Part shown: positions 1 to 10,114 of the stretch, in pieces
Layout: each line of letters opens with the position of its first letter
Numbering within the stretch: position 1 is the stretch's first letter
IMG/VR virus record: IMGVR_UViG_3300027628_000010
Location: 16,390 to 80,389 of that record
Strand: one strand, 5' to 3'
Length of the DNA stretch: 64,000 bases
Source of the DNA: a virus
Lineage: Duplodnaviria; Caudoviricetes
The notes under the pieces: model-generated
Databases searched by the model: none
The model's input: only the letters and a program-made list of their open reading frames with translations
Told to the model about the DNA's origin: nothing
Translations under genes and position numbers: made by a program

Positions 1-1
1 T

Positions 2-1759
2 TTCAAAGTCGGGCATGGTATCGCTATCCGTACAAACGATGGAGCTAAAGAAGTAGAGACTGTAAAAGTAACAGCTGGAGCAACAACTAGCGGAGATGTT
101 ACTCTCAAGTTAGATGGAGTTACACTAACAATTACTGTAGCAGCAGGAGATACAGCTATTCAGGTAGCAGATAAAATCCGCAATGTAGCTAACAATGGTA
201 ATGGAGGTACAGTCACTCAAACTCTTTCTGGTACTGGGTGGAGTGTAGATACTAATGCGACAGGTTCAACAGATACATTAACATTTACTCACGCTAACCA
301 AGGGGTAAAAACTAAAGCTACATTTAGTGCAGGCTCTACAGGCGTAGCAGCTACTGTAACTGTAACAACAGCAGGAGCTAACATCTCAGAGTTTATTTCT
401 AAGATCACAGCAATTAACGGTACTCAGTTTACTCTTAGAGATACATACACAGGAGCTAACTTAGCCAGTAAACGATTAGAACATGATGATGACGAAGCGA
501 TCAACAATGCAATTTCTGATGCAGCTGACAACTACGGAACTGGAGCTATTGGTGGAGTAGTTTCTCTACCAGCTTATAGATTCCCTATTCGTCAAACCAA
601 AATTAAGCCCCGTGTTATGTTTAAAGGTACTGGGTATGGCTCACGCCTATGGCAAAGAGGAAACACAAATAAAGATGCTCTTGTCCTGAATACAACTAGT
701 GACGAGATGTGTATTGTAAGTGATATTTCTATAGACGGACAGAAAAACTCACAATCTTCTGGTCGAGGTATTAAAGTGGATAATACGGGTGGAAGTGGAT
801 TCTCTTTCTATGACCCTCTTCACGTAATCAATAATGTACTTATTATGAACACTAAAGGTGACGGGTTCGTTATGGGGGGAACTAGGGAAGCTCGAGTAAC
901 TAATGTGTTTGTATTCCAAGCAGACGGTCATGGTTTCCAGTTAACTTCTACAGATTGTTTCTTCACAAACTGTACGTCCGCAGGAGCAGGAATGAATGGG
1001 TTTAACCTGAATGCACCTAACACTCGTTTTACATCTTGTAAAGCGTATGGCTCAGGTAGACTTGAAGCTAGTACCTCTGGAGATGGATTTTTAATCGGCG
1101 GTACTCGACAGTTACTTACTAACTGTGAAGCGCAGGATAACGGAAGACACGGTTTCGATTTATATGGCAGTACTGCAAACCGTGTAGTTAACTGTTTAGC
1201 TGATTCTAATGGTAATAGATTCACTGGTAATTCTGCTGGATTCTCATTTGGTGGAGGTTCGACATACAATGTAGTGGAGGGTACAGCACTTAACCGTACT
1301 AACTACCAATACCAGAAGTACGCATTATCAATCAACAGTGATTGTACAAACAACAAAGTTGACTTAGTTAGCCCGAGCGGAACAGACATTGCTAATAAAA
1401 ATGGAGACATTTACCCGGGACAAGGTGCAGGTAACACAATTGTTATCAATAACTTGCTAGGTAACCAAAGTATAGCTTATGCTGCTACTATTACTCCAGC
1501 TGTGTACGATGGAGGCACAGTGTTCATCACTTTAACAGGTAACGTTACGATTGCTAACACGGTAAATGGACGTTATCATCCGGGAGCAGTAATGCGACTT
1601 GTTTTAACTCAAGATGCTACAGGAGGGCGTACAATATCTTTCGGTAGCCAGTATAAAACAAACTGGACTCCTGATACAACAGCCGGAAAAGTAAATGTCA
1701 TCGAGTTCATCCACAACGGAACAAACTGGGTACAAATTGCAGCTACGGTAGGTATTTAA
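2..1759 (+). CDS. Tail fibre/tailspike with right-handed beta-helix (pectate-lyase-like) domain, 5' truncated
   Basis: The frame is open from base 2 (FKVGHGIAIRTNDG...) into the 617 ORF. It has a pectate_lyase_3-like start (GVVSLPAYRFPIRQTKIKPRVMFKGTG), many N/G-rich beta-helix repeats, and a C-terminal LTQDATGGRT domain typical of phage fibres. Confidence 0.75.
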   Translation, partial: FKVGHGIAIRTNDGAKEVETVKVTAGATTSGDVTLKLDGVTLTITVAAGDTAIQVADKIRNVANNGNGGTVTQTLSGTGWSVDTNATGSTDTLTFTHANQGVKTKATFSAGSTGVAATVTVTTAGANISEFISKITAINGTQFTLRDTYTGANLASKRLEHDDDEAINNAISDAADNYGTGAIGGVVSLPAYRFPIRQTKIKPRVMFKGTGYGSRLWQRGNTNKDALVLNTTSDEMCIVSDISIDGQKNSQSSGRGIKVDNTGGSGFSFYDPLHVINNVLIMNTKGDGFVMGGTREARVTNVFVFQADGHGFQLTSTDCFFTNCTSAGAGMNGFNLNAPNTRFTSCKAYGSGRLEASTSGDGFLIGGTRQLLTNCEAQDNGRHGFDLYGSTANRVVNCLADSNGNRFTGNSAGFSFGGGSTYNVVEGTALNRTNYQYQKYALSINSDCTNNKVDLVSPSGTDIANKNGDIYPGQGAGNTIVINNLLGNQSIAYAATITPAVYDGGTVFITLTGNVTIANTVNGRYHPGAVMRLVLTQDATGGRTISFGSQYKTNWTPDTTAGKVNVIEFIHNGTNWVQIAATVGI

Positions 1760-1764
1760 CATAG

Positions 1765-1790
1765 AGGCATCCGAAAGGGTGCCTTATCTA
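1765..1790 (+). terminator. GAAA-tetraloop hairpin (weak U-tract)
   Basis: aggcatcc-gaaa-gggtgcct directly after the stop codon. Confidence 0.55.
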
Positions 1791-1822
1791 TTATAGTCTA
1801 AACACAGATCGGAGGAAAATTA

Positions 1823-3064
1823 ATGTCAAATCCATTTAGAGATATTTTATACGGGAATATTGAGGACCCTACTCTTAAATTAGCGAAGTTAGAAGGAATC
1901 CTTTTAGGGTTGACACAGCAAGCCGCAACAACTGATATGCCTAGCGGAGAGATTAACGTAAAGAGCCCTCCTATCCCTATGGTAGGCTTAAAAGGTAATG
2001 GTGTTGAAGAGGGGGAAGCTATTAAAACACTTTTAAATAGTATCTCAACTAACTACACTAAAGCAACTGTTCGATTCCCTTATGGAACGTACAAGAGTAA
2101 CCAAGGGCTTGTTTTACCTAATAACCTGAATGTACTTGGACAGAATTTATCAAAACTTGACTTTTCTGGTGCCCCTTCTGACGTGGTAGCTATTAAACGC
2201 TCTGGTTCCCGTGCTCGATTTGAGGATTTCGAAATCGTTGGAAATGGGTTTAATGATGGAATTAAAGTAGGTAAGTCATCTATTGGACTAGATGTATATG
2301 GAGATCACCACGTCTTTAAGAATTTACTTATTAAAGATTTTGAAACTCTTATAGACATTGCTCACACGGCAACATACTTGAACGGGTTCGAGGATATTTT
2401 CCTAGCTAATAGTACCTATTGTCTGTATGCTGATCTTGCAGCACGAAACGCTACAAACGCAGGAGAACGTATCACATTTAAACGTACAACATTCTGTAAC
2501 AGTAAACTTTGTGTACGTGCTGAGCTATCTGCTCTTGACATCTATTTTGAGGGTTGCTCATTCGATTACAGTTCTGAATTACTGAACGTAGGTAATGGTA
2601 TTTATTCGTTTACAAATTGCCATTTTGAAAACACTATCAACAACCCGAACCGTGGTTCTCAATCACTGAATGATTGGTTTGTTACTACAACAAGCGGAGC
2701 TAGCTTACTATTTACAAATTGTCTGTTTGACCTATACGGAATGAAAGCAATTATCAATCCAAACTCTTCACTAGGTACGGCGATCTTCAAGAACTGCCGA
2801 GCATACTTCCTAGCAGGAGACGGGACAAATAAGAACTTACACAGTGAACATCCTGTATATGTTGATATTAACAAATCAGCAGTTAGTATTTATAGTCCAT
2901 ATGTTTCTAAGATTACGTATGCTACTGTGTTAGGTGCAACGAACACTGACAAGAAACAGATTCCACTTGACATTACGGTAGCAACTGACCTAGTAAATTA
3001 TAAATACGATGTAACATTTGCTACACCTACAGCTGAACGTACATGGATTAAAGTCATGTATTAA
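1823..3064 (+). CDS. Second beta-helix (pectate-lyase-like) tailspike/depolymerase-like protein
   Basis: LKGNGVEEGEAIKTLLN...VRFPYGTY N-terminal pattern followed by repeated F.NC.F beta-helix turns; RBS ggagg. Confidence 0.65.
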   Translation: MSNPFRDILYGNIEDPTLKLAKLEGILLGLTQQAATTDMPSGEINVKSPPIPMVGLKGNGVEEGEAIKTLLNSISTNYTKATVRFPYGTYKSNQGLVLPNNLNVLGQNLSKLDFSGAPSDVVAIKRSGSRARFEDFEIVGNGFNDGIKVGKSSIGLDVYGDHHVFKNLLIKDFETLIDIAHTATYLNGFEDIFLANSTYCLYADLAARNATNAGERITFKRTTFCNSKLCVRAELSALDIYFEGCSFDYSSELLNVGNGIYSFTNCHFENTINNPNRGSQSLNDWFVTTTSGASLLFTNCLFDLYGMKAIINPNSSLGTAIFKNCRAYFLAGDGTNKNLHSEHPVYVDINKSAVSIYSPYVSKITYATVLGATNTDKKQIPLDITVATDLVNYKYDVTFATPTAERTWIKVMY

Positions 3065-3090
3065 AGACATCCGAAAGGGTGTCTTTTTTT
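3064..3090 (+). terminator. Rho-independent terminator ending the tail module
   Basis: aagacatcc-gaaa-gggtgtctt followed by a T-run. Confidence 0.85.
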
Positions 3091-3335
3091 TGTCCTATTT
3101 TGAACCCTTGATACATAAGGATTCCTGACAAATTACTGCACTATTTTGTCCTATTTTATTTATGACTACTCCCTATATATTTATTAATATAATTATATAT
3201 AATATCTTAATATTAATAGCTTATATAATATTATATAAATAATAATTAAATATATATATATAATACAGACCAACTAAAATTATAATAGGCGCATTCAGGG
3301 CTAAAATGTGACAAAAACATTGATGTATCAGTAGT
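3091..3335. other. AT-rich intergenic region with TGTCCTATTT repeats; candidate replication origin 1
   Basis: About 90 bp of almost pure A/T (~3175-3265), TGTCCTATTT at 3091 and 3147, and a 30-bp element shared with 63661-63690; lies directly upstream of the helicase/Rep operon. Confidence 0.5.
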
Positions 3336-3420
3336 TAAAAATATGTCATACTACTAGCATTGTCTGTAACTTTATGGTATACTAGAGAAGTACATACAGA
3401 ATAGGAGGAATGGTTAAAAT

Positions 3421-5193
3421 ATGAAAATTGTTATTGGGACAATGTATACCACTCTAGACTTTGAAGGGAATACACTACTCAGAGAAAAGATTCAGGATAT
3501 GGCTCACCATGCATTAGGAATTAAAGAAGAAGGTGCTTTTTATTCAAGAGCATACAAGTCAGGCTTTTGGGATGGCATTACAGATTTTTATGACATGAAA
3601 GAAGATAAATTCCATACAGGCTTACTTGATCAGTTCCTAGAGGGACTACGACTGCTTATGGAAAAAGATAAATCATTTACATATGAAATCGTGGATTCAA
3701 GACCTAACCCACCTGTCCACCATGACGCAATTGACGAAAAGATTGTATTAGGAAATGGAGATGCAGACCCTATTACATTGCATGATTATCAGTACGAGTC
3801 AGTTAAAAGCGTATTTGAACAACAGGTAGGAATTGTAAACGTAGCAACAAACGGAGGGAAAACAGAAATTGCCTCTGGAGTCATCCAACAGATTTTACCG
3901 TATATCAAACGTGGAGAGCGTATTGCATTCTTTACCCACTCTCGAGAAATTTTTGGACAATCTGCTGAGCGTATTGCCAAGCGTGTAGGATTAAAATTAC
4001 GTGACGTTGGATTCGTAGGAGACGGTAAATTCGATATTAAAAATAAAAAGATCGTATTCGTTATGGTTCCTACACTTGTATCTGCATTGAAGGACCCGAA
4101 GAAGGGAATTAAGTTTACACCAAACGAAACGGTTATTAAGCTGATTGCTGAAGAGATTACACCGAAGTTTAGAAATACAGTTAATACTCGCAAGCTCATT
4201 CAGAATTATTTGAAGAATCGAATTTGGAAGACAAAAGCGGAACTGTCTGCTGAAGAGCAATTAATGTATGTGGCTTACGATAAGAAATTTACGGACAAGT
4301 CGGCGCAGATGCATTTAAACAAGTACGTGGTCGAGTTTAATAAAATCATGGAGAAGAAGAATAAAAAGAAATTCCAAAAGTACAACGAGACAAAAGAGTT
4401 TCTTGACTCTATCAAAGTAATGATTGCCGATGAGGTCCACCATTCCAAGGCGGATACGTGGTATACATCGTTATCCATGTGTGAAAATGCTATTTACCGT
4501 GTAGGTTTAACAGGTACGGTAGACAAAAAGGACAAGATGGGCTGGCAGCGACTACAGGCTTTGTTTAGTCAAATTACAGTTAAGGTATCCAACGAATACC
4601 TAATCGACAAAGGTATCTCATCTAAACCGACAATTCGTCTGGTTCCCGTTCAGGAGCCACGTAATTTAGAATTGGCTAGCAATTTCATGGAGGCATATAA
4701 AGCCGGAATCGTAGAAAACGAGTATCGTAATAAGTTGATTACAGACTTAGTAGAGTCATATCGAAAACGTAGACCGGGTGGAGTACTTGTTAGTGTAAAA
4801 GAGATTGCACACGGAGACGCTATCCTAGAAATGATTCGTGCTAGAGGGCTTGAAGCAGAATTTATTCACGGCGGCTCAGATGCAGACCACCGATCTACAC
4901 AGCTTGAACGATTCTCTAAAAGTGAGCTACCGATTTTAATTGCGTCAACAATTGTGGACGAAGGGGTAGACATGAAATCAATTGGCTGTATGGTACTAGG
5001 TGCAGGTGGAAAATCAATGCGCCAACAGTTACAGCGTATCGGTCGTGGGCTTCGACTAAACGGAATCGATGGGAACAGCGTAATGGTATTTGACTTCTGG
5101 GATGCTACGAACAAATACCTGTTGAATCATTCGAAAGAGCGATTAAAACTATTCCGTGAAGAAAAATTTGACGTAAAGGTGCTTGGGAAATAA
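3421..5193 (+). CDS. SF2 (DEAD/UvsW-like) DNA helicase
   Basis: Q-motif LHDYQ, Walker A ATNGGKT, DEVH, TGT, and motif VI QRIGRGLR. Confidence 0.93.
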   Translation: MKIVIGTMYTTLDFEGNTLLREKIQDMAHHALGIKEEGAFYSRAYKSGFWDGITDFYDMKEDKFHTGLLDQFLEGLRLLMEKDKSFTYEIVDSRPNPPVHHDAIDEKIVLGNGDADPITLHDYQYESVKSVFEQQVGIVNVATNGGKTEIASGVIQQILPYIKRGERIAFFTHSREIFGQSAERIAKRVGLKLRDVGFVGDGKFDIKNKKIVFVMVPTLVSALKDPKKGIKFTPNETVIKLIAEEITPKFRNTVNTRKLIQNYLKNRIWKTKAELSAEEQLMYVAYDKKFTDKSAQMHLNKYVVEFNKIMEKKNKKKFQKYNETKEFLDSIKVMIADEVHHSKADTWYTSLSMCENAIYRVGLTGTVDKKDKMGWQRLQALFSQITVKVSNEYLIDKGISSKPTIRLVPVQEPRNLELASNFMEAYKAGIVENEYRNKLITDLVESYRKRRPGGVLVSVKEIAHGDAILEMIRARGLEAEFIHGGSDADHRSTQLERFSKSELPILIASTIVDEGVDMKSIGCMVLGAGGKSMRQQLQRIGRGLRLNGIDGNSVMVFDFWDATNKYLLNHSKERLKLFREEKFDVKVLGK

Positions 5194-5381
5194 TGGAAAA
5201 TAAAAGATCGTTTGAGAAAATGGTAGATGACTCTATTAAAGCTTTCCAACGGATAGACTTTATCTGTAGGAGAGCTCATACTCACGGTGTAGATATGGAC
5301 GATATACGGGAAATCGAAGAGCAAGTAGATAAGGCAATGGGTACCGATAGACATGCAGGAAGAAAAGCAAGGAAAAAATAA
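5193..5381 (+). CDS. Hypothetical protein (62 aa)
   Basis: Start overlaps the helicase stop (TAATG). Confidence 0.6.
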   Translation: MENKRSFEKMVDDSIKAFQRIDFICRRAHTHGVDMDDIREIEEQVDKAMGTDRHAGRKARKK

Positions 5382-5447
5382 TTATTGTATATTGTACAGT
5401 TTGTGTTATAATGTAATCAAACCTATATCAAGAGGAGGAACAGATGT

Positions 5448-7115
5448 ATGGAATACGGTGTGTATTTAGAAACATCTGTTGTCAATTTAAAGCCTAATGT
5501 TTTATCCTTCTTAACCAAAATGGTTGAAAAGGCTAAAGAGGTAAAAGACTTCGCTATCGCTTTCAAAAAGAAAGAGCTAGCAGACTTGGGCGGAAAAGAC
5601 AGCAGAACAATTTCACGTTACTTGAATGAACTAGAAGAAAAGAACATTATCCAAACGAAAGGTGTTCGAGGTCGTTCAGGGGGAACCGTGATTATGTTCA
5701 ATACTGATTTAATTCGGTTTGACACTTCGGACAAAGCATTAATCAACTCCGATGAACCTATCAGTATTGACGATGTAGTTGAAAAGAAATTACCTAAGAA
5801 GAAAAAAGAGCAGAAGAAACCAACTCGTAACAGACGTACGAAAGTACAGATGATGGAGGAGAAGCTGCTTAAAGGTGAACAGCAATCGAAGAATGATGAA
5901 ATGAATCGTCAACTTAAGGAATTAAGCGGAGTACCTAACTGGGAATGGTTTAAGCAAACGGATAATCCGGTAGGAAACTATCGTACATATTTACTATCCC
6001 GTCTGTATAATAGATACGCAGTTTTATTTACAGACCGACATAATGCAGAAGCAGAGTACTTCGGAGAAGGTTCGAAAGTTAAGCCTGTAACGAATGACTA
6101 CGATACACTACCAGCCGATTTCTACGGCTCTTCTAAATGGGCGCACTTCGAGAAGTTCCGCAACTTCTGTGAAGAGAATGAAATTGACCCAGCAGTATAC
6201 CTTTCTTCACAATTCTCACGCTCTGTATTTACAGCAGCAGGTAAAAGCGATAAGAAGAAACTTCCGTTTGTAAATGCTTTAATTAGCGACTCAGCTTATG
6301 AAGTGTACAAACAGTACTGCGCTTATCAAGTGAAGGCAAGTGTAACATATAAATCATATCAACAAATTCCTAAACAGTTTGCAGATGACTTCGTAGTAAG
6401 AGCGATCGAAGATGCTTACGAAACAGCTAATGTTGGGGTAGGCTTGCTACAGTACCGACACGCTATTGAAGACTTCCTAAGTGGATTTGGTGCTACAGAA
6501 AAAGAAGAGCACCTATTAAACTTCTACCGTCACACAGAAGATAAGCTGATTCAAAAAGGCGTATCGTTAAAGACAAGAGATACAATCAAGAAATTTGTAT
6601 TGTTACAGTCAATGATTTTAACAGGTGGAGTTACATCTTTACCGGGCTACTTCATTTTAGGCTCTGAACATACGCAAGTTGTTTTAGCCTCAATCGCTAA
6701 GCTTGGTAATTCAGTTCAAGATGTAAATGCGTTACAGAAGATAGCACTAGGAATGTTTGTATCGCCTAATGCAGATAGAGATACACAAGTCAAAGAAGGC
6801 GCAAAATACATGTATCAACTTGAAGTACTTGACGAAACAAGACAAGTATTGAATCTGATCATGGAACGTAAAGGCTTACATTTAACGCTAGCTGATTTGA
6901 ACGAAGCTTTCCGTGAGTACGGTAAAGAAAATATTCCATTAGATGACTACTCTATTATGGATATTGACCAAGTGATCTCTTTTATGGAAAAGCAACAGGA
7001 GATCGCAGAGCAGGTAGAAATCGATCACAAAGATATTACTACAACAAAGAATTACAACATCTCTGGAGAAGTTTCTACGGAAGCTTCTCGGGAGGATATG
7101 CTTAGTGAATTGTAG
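5448..7115 (+). CDS. Rep-like/transcription regulator with N-terminal winged HTH (conserved herellevirus position)
   Basis: KKELADLGGKDSRTISRYLNELEEKNII wHTH pattern; sits between the two helicases as in Twort/Bastille-like phages. Confidence 0.7.
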   Translation: MEYGVYLETSVVNLKPNVLSFLTKMVEKAKEVKDFAIAFKKKELADLGGKDSRTISRYLNELEEKNIIQTKGVRGRSGGTVIMFNTDLIRFDTSDKALINSDEPISIDDVVEKKLPKKKKEQKKPTRNRRTKVQMMEEKLLKGEQQSKNDEMNRQLKELSGVPNWEWFKQTDNPVGNYRTYLLSRLYNRYAVLFTDRHNAEAEYFGEGSKVKPVTNDYDTLPADFYGSSKWAHFEKFRNFCEENEIDPAVYLSSQFSRSVFTAAGKSDKKKLPFVNALISDSAYEVYKQYCAYQVKASVTYKSYQQIPKQFADDFVVRAIEDAYETANVGVGLLQYRHAIEDFLSGFGATEKEEHLLNFYRHTEDKLIQKGVSLKTRDTIKKFVLLQSMILTGGVTSLPGYFILGSEHTQVVLASIAKLGNSVQDVNALQKIALGMFVSPNADRDTQVKEGAKYMYQLEVLDETRQVLNLIMERKGLHLTLADLNEAFREYGKENIPLDDYSIMDIDQVISFMEKQQEIAEQVEIDHKDITTTKNYNISGEVSTEASREDMLSEL

Positions 7116-7208
7116 AGCCTAATCATTAAATATGATACAGGCTCTTTACAAGCTGAGTTATACATGCTATACTTGTCAATGAAAATGTTACAAGGGAGGA
7201 AAAAATAA

Positions 7209-8678
7209 ATGTCAGTAAGCCCAATTCAACAACAGATTTTAAGAAAAGCAATCGAGTCAACTTATTTCTCGAAAGACATCTTACCAAAAGTGCCGCTAAC
7301 GGTATTTGACGGTAATGATATTTACAAAGATTTATCGAATATGATTAAGCGGTATTATCAGTCTAATAGAAACATATTGACTGAAGATGCACTCCTTACA
7401 CTTGCAGAAGAGAAATTAGACCGCATGAACAAGGACCCGGAAACACAGCAACGTTACTTCAGCGCAATCAATGAACTTTATGAAGTACGTGACAGCTCCA
7501 ATGATGAAGTTATCGATGAGAAGATCGAAAATTACATAAGGAAATACATGAATCTTGAGCTGGTTAAAAAAGCGGCTGTCAACTTAGAAAATGCTGCGGT
7601 AATGGATAAGCTCCACGAAGACTTCCGAGAAGTTATGATGCTAGACATTAGCGGAAGGCATCAAGAGATTATTAACGTACTAGATGATACAGAGTATAAA
7701 AGGCAGGCGTTATCAACAATCTATGCCAATACAATTCCAACTGGTTTTAAATCCATTGACTATTTAAATGGCGGAGGATTAGCTAAAGGAGAGCTTGGTA
7801 TTGTCGTAGCCGCTTCAGGTACTGGTAAAACATTAGTACTGACCAACCTAGCTACAAACTATACATGGGGTAAATATAACGTACTGTTTATCGCCCTAGA
7901 GGAATTAGAGAATCGTATGATTCTAAAGTTTGAGCAAGCAATGTTACGCCGTAATAAAAGTGAAATTCTTACAGGTGCTGCTTTGAACGAAACTAACTTT
8001 GACAAGTACCAAAACTTCTATAAACAGAAACGTGATCAATTCGGTAACCTATACTTTGCTCGATACTCTCCACGAACAGTAACGCCAGCCAAGATTGAGC
8101 AACTTATCTCGGACGTTAAAATCAGACAAGGTATTATAATTGACGTAGTTATTATTGATTACCCGGAATTACTCCGTAACCCGTACGCAACAGGAAATGA
8201 GGCGGACGATGGCGGTAAGCTATTTGAAGAAATGCGTAGAATCGGACAGGATTATAATGTAGTTATGTGGACAGCCGCTCAGATGAATCGTACAGCATAT
8301 AGCGCACAGATTCGAACATCCGAACATATGGAAGGGTCTCACCGTAAGAAGAATGCCGCAGAGCTTGTACTTACAGTCAACCAAACACCTGAAGAATTTA
8401 AAGCCGGGTACGTTCGTCTATTTGCGGATAAACTTCGTAACCCACCTGAAGGCTCTTTTGATAGAATGATTGGTTTAAAGGTTGTAGGTAGTGCTCAAAC
8501 TGTCCGGGATTACCGAACAGATGAAGAAAAGCGTGAACATGAGGCAATCGTAGAGGCGGCAGATAGCGCTAGTGAAATGGCTTTTAAAGGTAAGCGTAGA
8601 GAAAAGAATGGAGCTCCACCTCCTGATTATGTGAATGAAATCAATGCTTCCATTCAGAGAACGAGAGGAGAAGGCTAA
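7209..8678 (+). CDS. DnaB-like replicative helicase
   Basis: GELGIVVAASGTGKT Walker A, IIDY, and WTAAQMNR motifs. Confidence 0.9.
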   Translation: MSVSPIQQQILRKAIESTYFSKDILPKVPLTVFDGNDIYKDLSNMIKRYYQSNRNILTEDALLTLAEEKLDRMNKDPETQQRYFSAINELYEVRDSSNDEVIDEKIENYIRKYMNLELVKKAAVNLENAAVMDKLHEDFREVMMLDISGRHQEIINVLDDTEYKRQALSTIYANTIPTGFKSIDYLNGGGLAKGELGIVVAASGTGKTLVLTNLATNYTWGKYNVLFIALEELENRMILKFEQAMLRRNKSEILTGAALNETNFDKYQNFYKQKRDQFGNLYFARYSPRTVTPAKIEQLISDVKIRQGIIIDVVIIDYPELLRNPYATGNEADDGGKLFEEMRRIGQDYNVVMWTAAQMNRTAYSAQIRTSEHMEGSHRKKNAAELVLTVNQTPEEFKAGYVRLFADKLRNPPEGSFDRMIGLKVVGSAQTVRDYRTDEEKREHEAIVEAADSASEMAFKGKRREKNGAPPPDYVNEINASIQRTRGEG

Positions 8679-8956
8679 TGAGGATACCTGAAAAATCTGC
8701 ACTTGTTAAAAAGGCAGAAAAGTTTGTTAATGAACTAGTCGAAATCATTTATGACGTAACGGGTAAACGATTAGAAAAAGTTAAGGTAACTAAAGAGGAG
8801 TTTGCTGCAATAGAGGAATACTCACGGCAAATGTATTATGCTCGAGGAGTAGATCGTGATGCACTTATGGAGAGCCTTGGTAGTGGGTACCAAATGAAAT
8901 ATGAAATCGTAACAGCTTACGGTTGTGTAAGAGTAGAAGCGGAGGAAACTAAATGA
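8678..8956 (+). CDS. Hypothetical protein (92 aa)
   Basis: Translationally coupled ORF with an RBS. Confidence 0.7.
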   Translation: MRIPEKSALVKKAEKFVNELVEIIYDVTGKRLEKVKVTKEEFAAIEEYSRQMYYARGVDRDALMESLGSGYQMKYEIVTAYGCVRVEAEETK

Positions 8957-10008
8957 GTAAACTTGTAGTATTTAGTGACTTTCATGCACATATATTTGAA
9001 GACTTTGCTAAGCCGGACCCAGAGTATGTAAATGATCGTTTCCGGGCTCAGATAGCAACATTGTACCAAGTATTTGATATTGCTAGACAACATGGAGCTA
9101 GAGTCCTTTTTACAGGTGATTTGTTTCATAAACGAGCAAAGATTGACGATATTGTATTCAATACAGTATATGATGTATTTGCAGAAAATGAAGACGTTCC
9201 TGTATACATGGTCCGAGGTAACCATGATGCTCGTACAAATGCAACAGTTACAGAGCATTGGTTAAAAACATTTAGACACTTGAAACATGTCACAGTTATT
9301 GATACTCCTGAGGGAGTGTACGTACCAGATGAAGACGGAGACTATTTCATTTATGGCATTCCATACTCAGATGATACAGAGTACCTTAAGCAGAAGATCG
9401 TAGAATTTAAGCAGCATTGTGAGAGCCAAGACATTCCCGGAGTACTAGCTGCCCATATCGGAGTAGACGGAAGTGAAACGGGTCGTTATAGTCACAGACT
9501 AGAAGGCGCATTTAAGGTAGGGGACTTATTCCCGGATGTATTTACTTATGTAGCACTAGGGCATTACCATAAGCGACAATTCCTAGCCGGTCTATTAAAC
9601 ACGTTCTATACAGGGAATACGATTCAAACTAGCTTCTCAGATGAAGGGCAGGACAAAGGTGTTATGCTAATCGACTTTGAGAAAGGCGGACAGCCTGAGT
9701 TTATCCCAATCCTAAATAAGAAGTTTATTACATTAACAGAAGTGAATAAAGATACACAGCAGCTAGTCGATAATAACTACGTACGATTCGTTGTATCGAA
9801 AGATGTAGCGCAGGAGATTGAAGTGTTTAAGGAGGAGTCAGATAATATTCGTGTCGAAGTACAAAAAGAATATAAAACAGATACTCGTATCGCAATTGAT
9901 ATGGACTCTTCAGAGAAGCAGATCGTAGAGGCATATGCAAACGAGTACTACCCTGATTCTACTTCTATTGCATTAGACATTCTCCAAGAGGCACTAGCAG
10001 CAAGTTAG
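8953..10008 (+). CDS. sbcD: SbcD/Mre11-like metallophosphoesterase nuclease subunit
   Basis: SDFH, GDLFH, GNHD and GHYH motifs; adjacent to the SMC-like ATPase. Confidence 0.9.
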   Translation: MSKLVVFSDFHAHIFEDFAKPDPEYVNDRFRAQIATLYQVFDIARQHGARVLFTGDLFHKRAKIDDIVFNTVYDVFAENEDVPVYMVRGNHDARTNATVTEHWLKTFRHLKHVTVIDTPEGVYVPDEDGDYFIYGIPYSDDTEYLKQKIVEFKQHCESQDIPGVLAAHIGVDGSETGRYSHRLEGAFKVGDLFPDVFTYVALGHYHKRQFLAGLLNTFYTGNTIQTSFSDEGQDKGVMLIDFEKGGQPEFIPILNKKFITLTEVNKDTQQLVDNNYVRFVVSKDVAQEIEVFKEESDNIRVEVQKEYKTDTRIAIDMDSSEKQIVEAYANEYYPDSTSIALDILQEALAAS

Positions 10009-10014
10009 ACTGTA

Positions 10015-10041
10015 GGGTTGTTCATATGAACAACCTTTTTT
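10015..10041 (+). terminator. Rho-independent terminator
   Basis: ggttgttc-atat-gaacaacc followed by a T-run. Confidence 0.75.
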
Positions 10042-10044
10042 GTG

Positions 10045-10073
10045 TTGACATATTATAGAGGGTCTGTTATACT
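10045..10073 (+). promoter_or_regulatory. SigA-type early promoter
   Basis: TTGACA-17-TATACT. Confidence 0.85.
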
Positions 10074-10114
10074 ATGGTTACAGACAAATAATAACAAGGA
10101 GGTCAAGAAACTAA

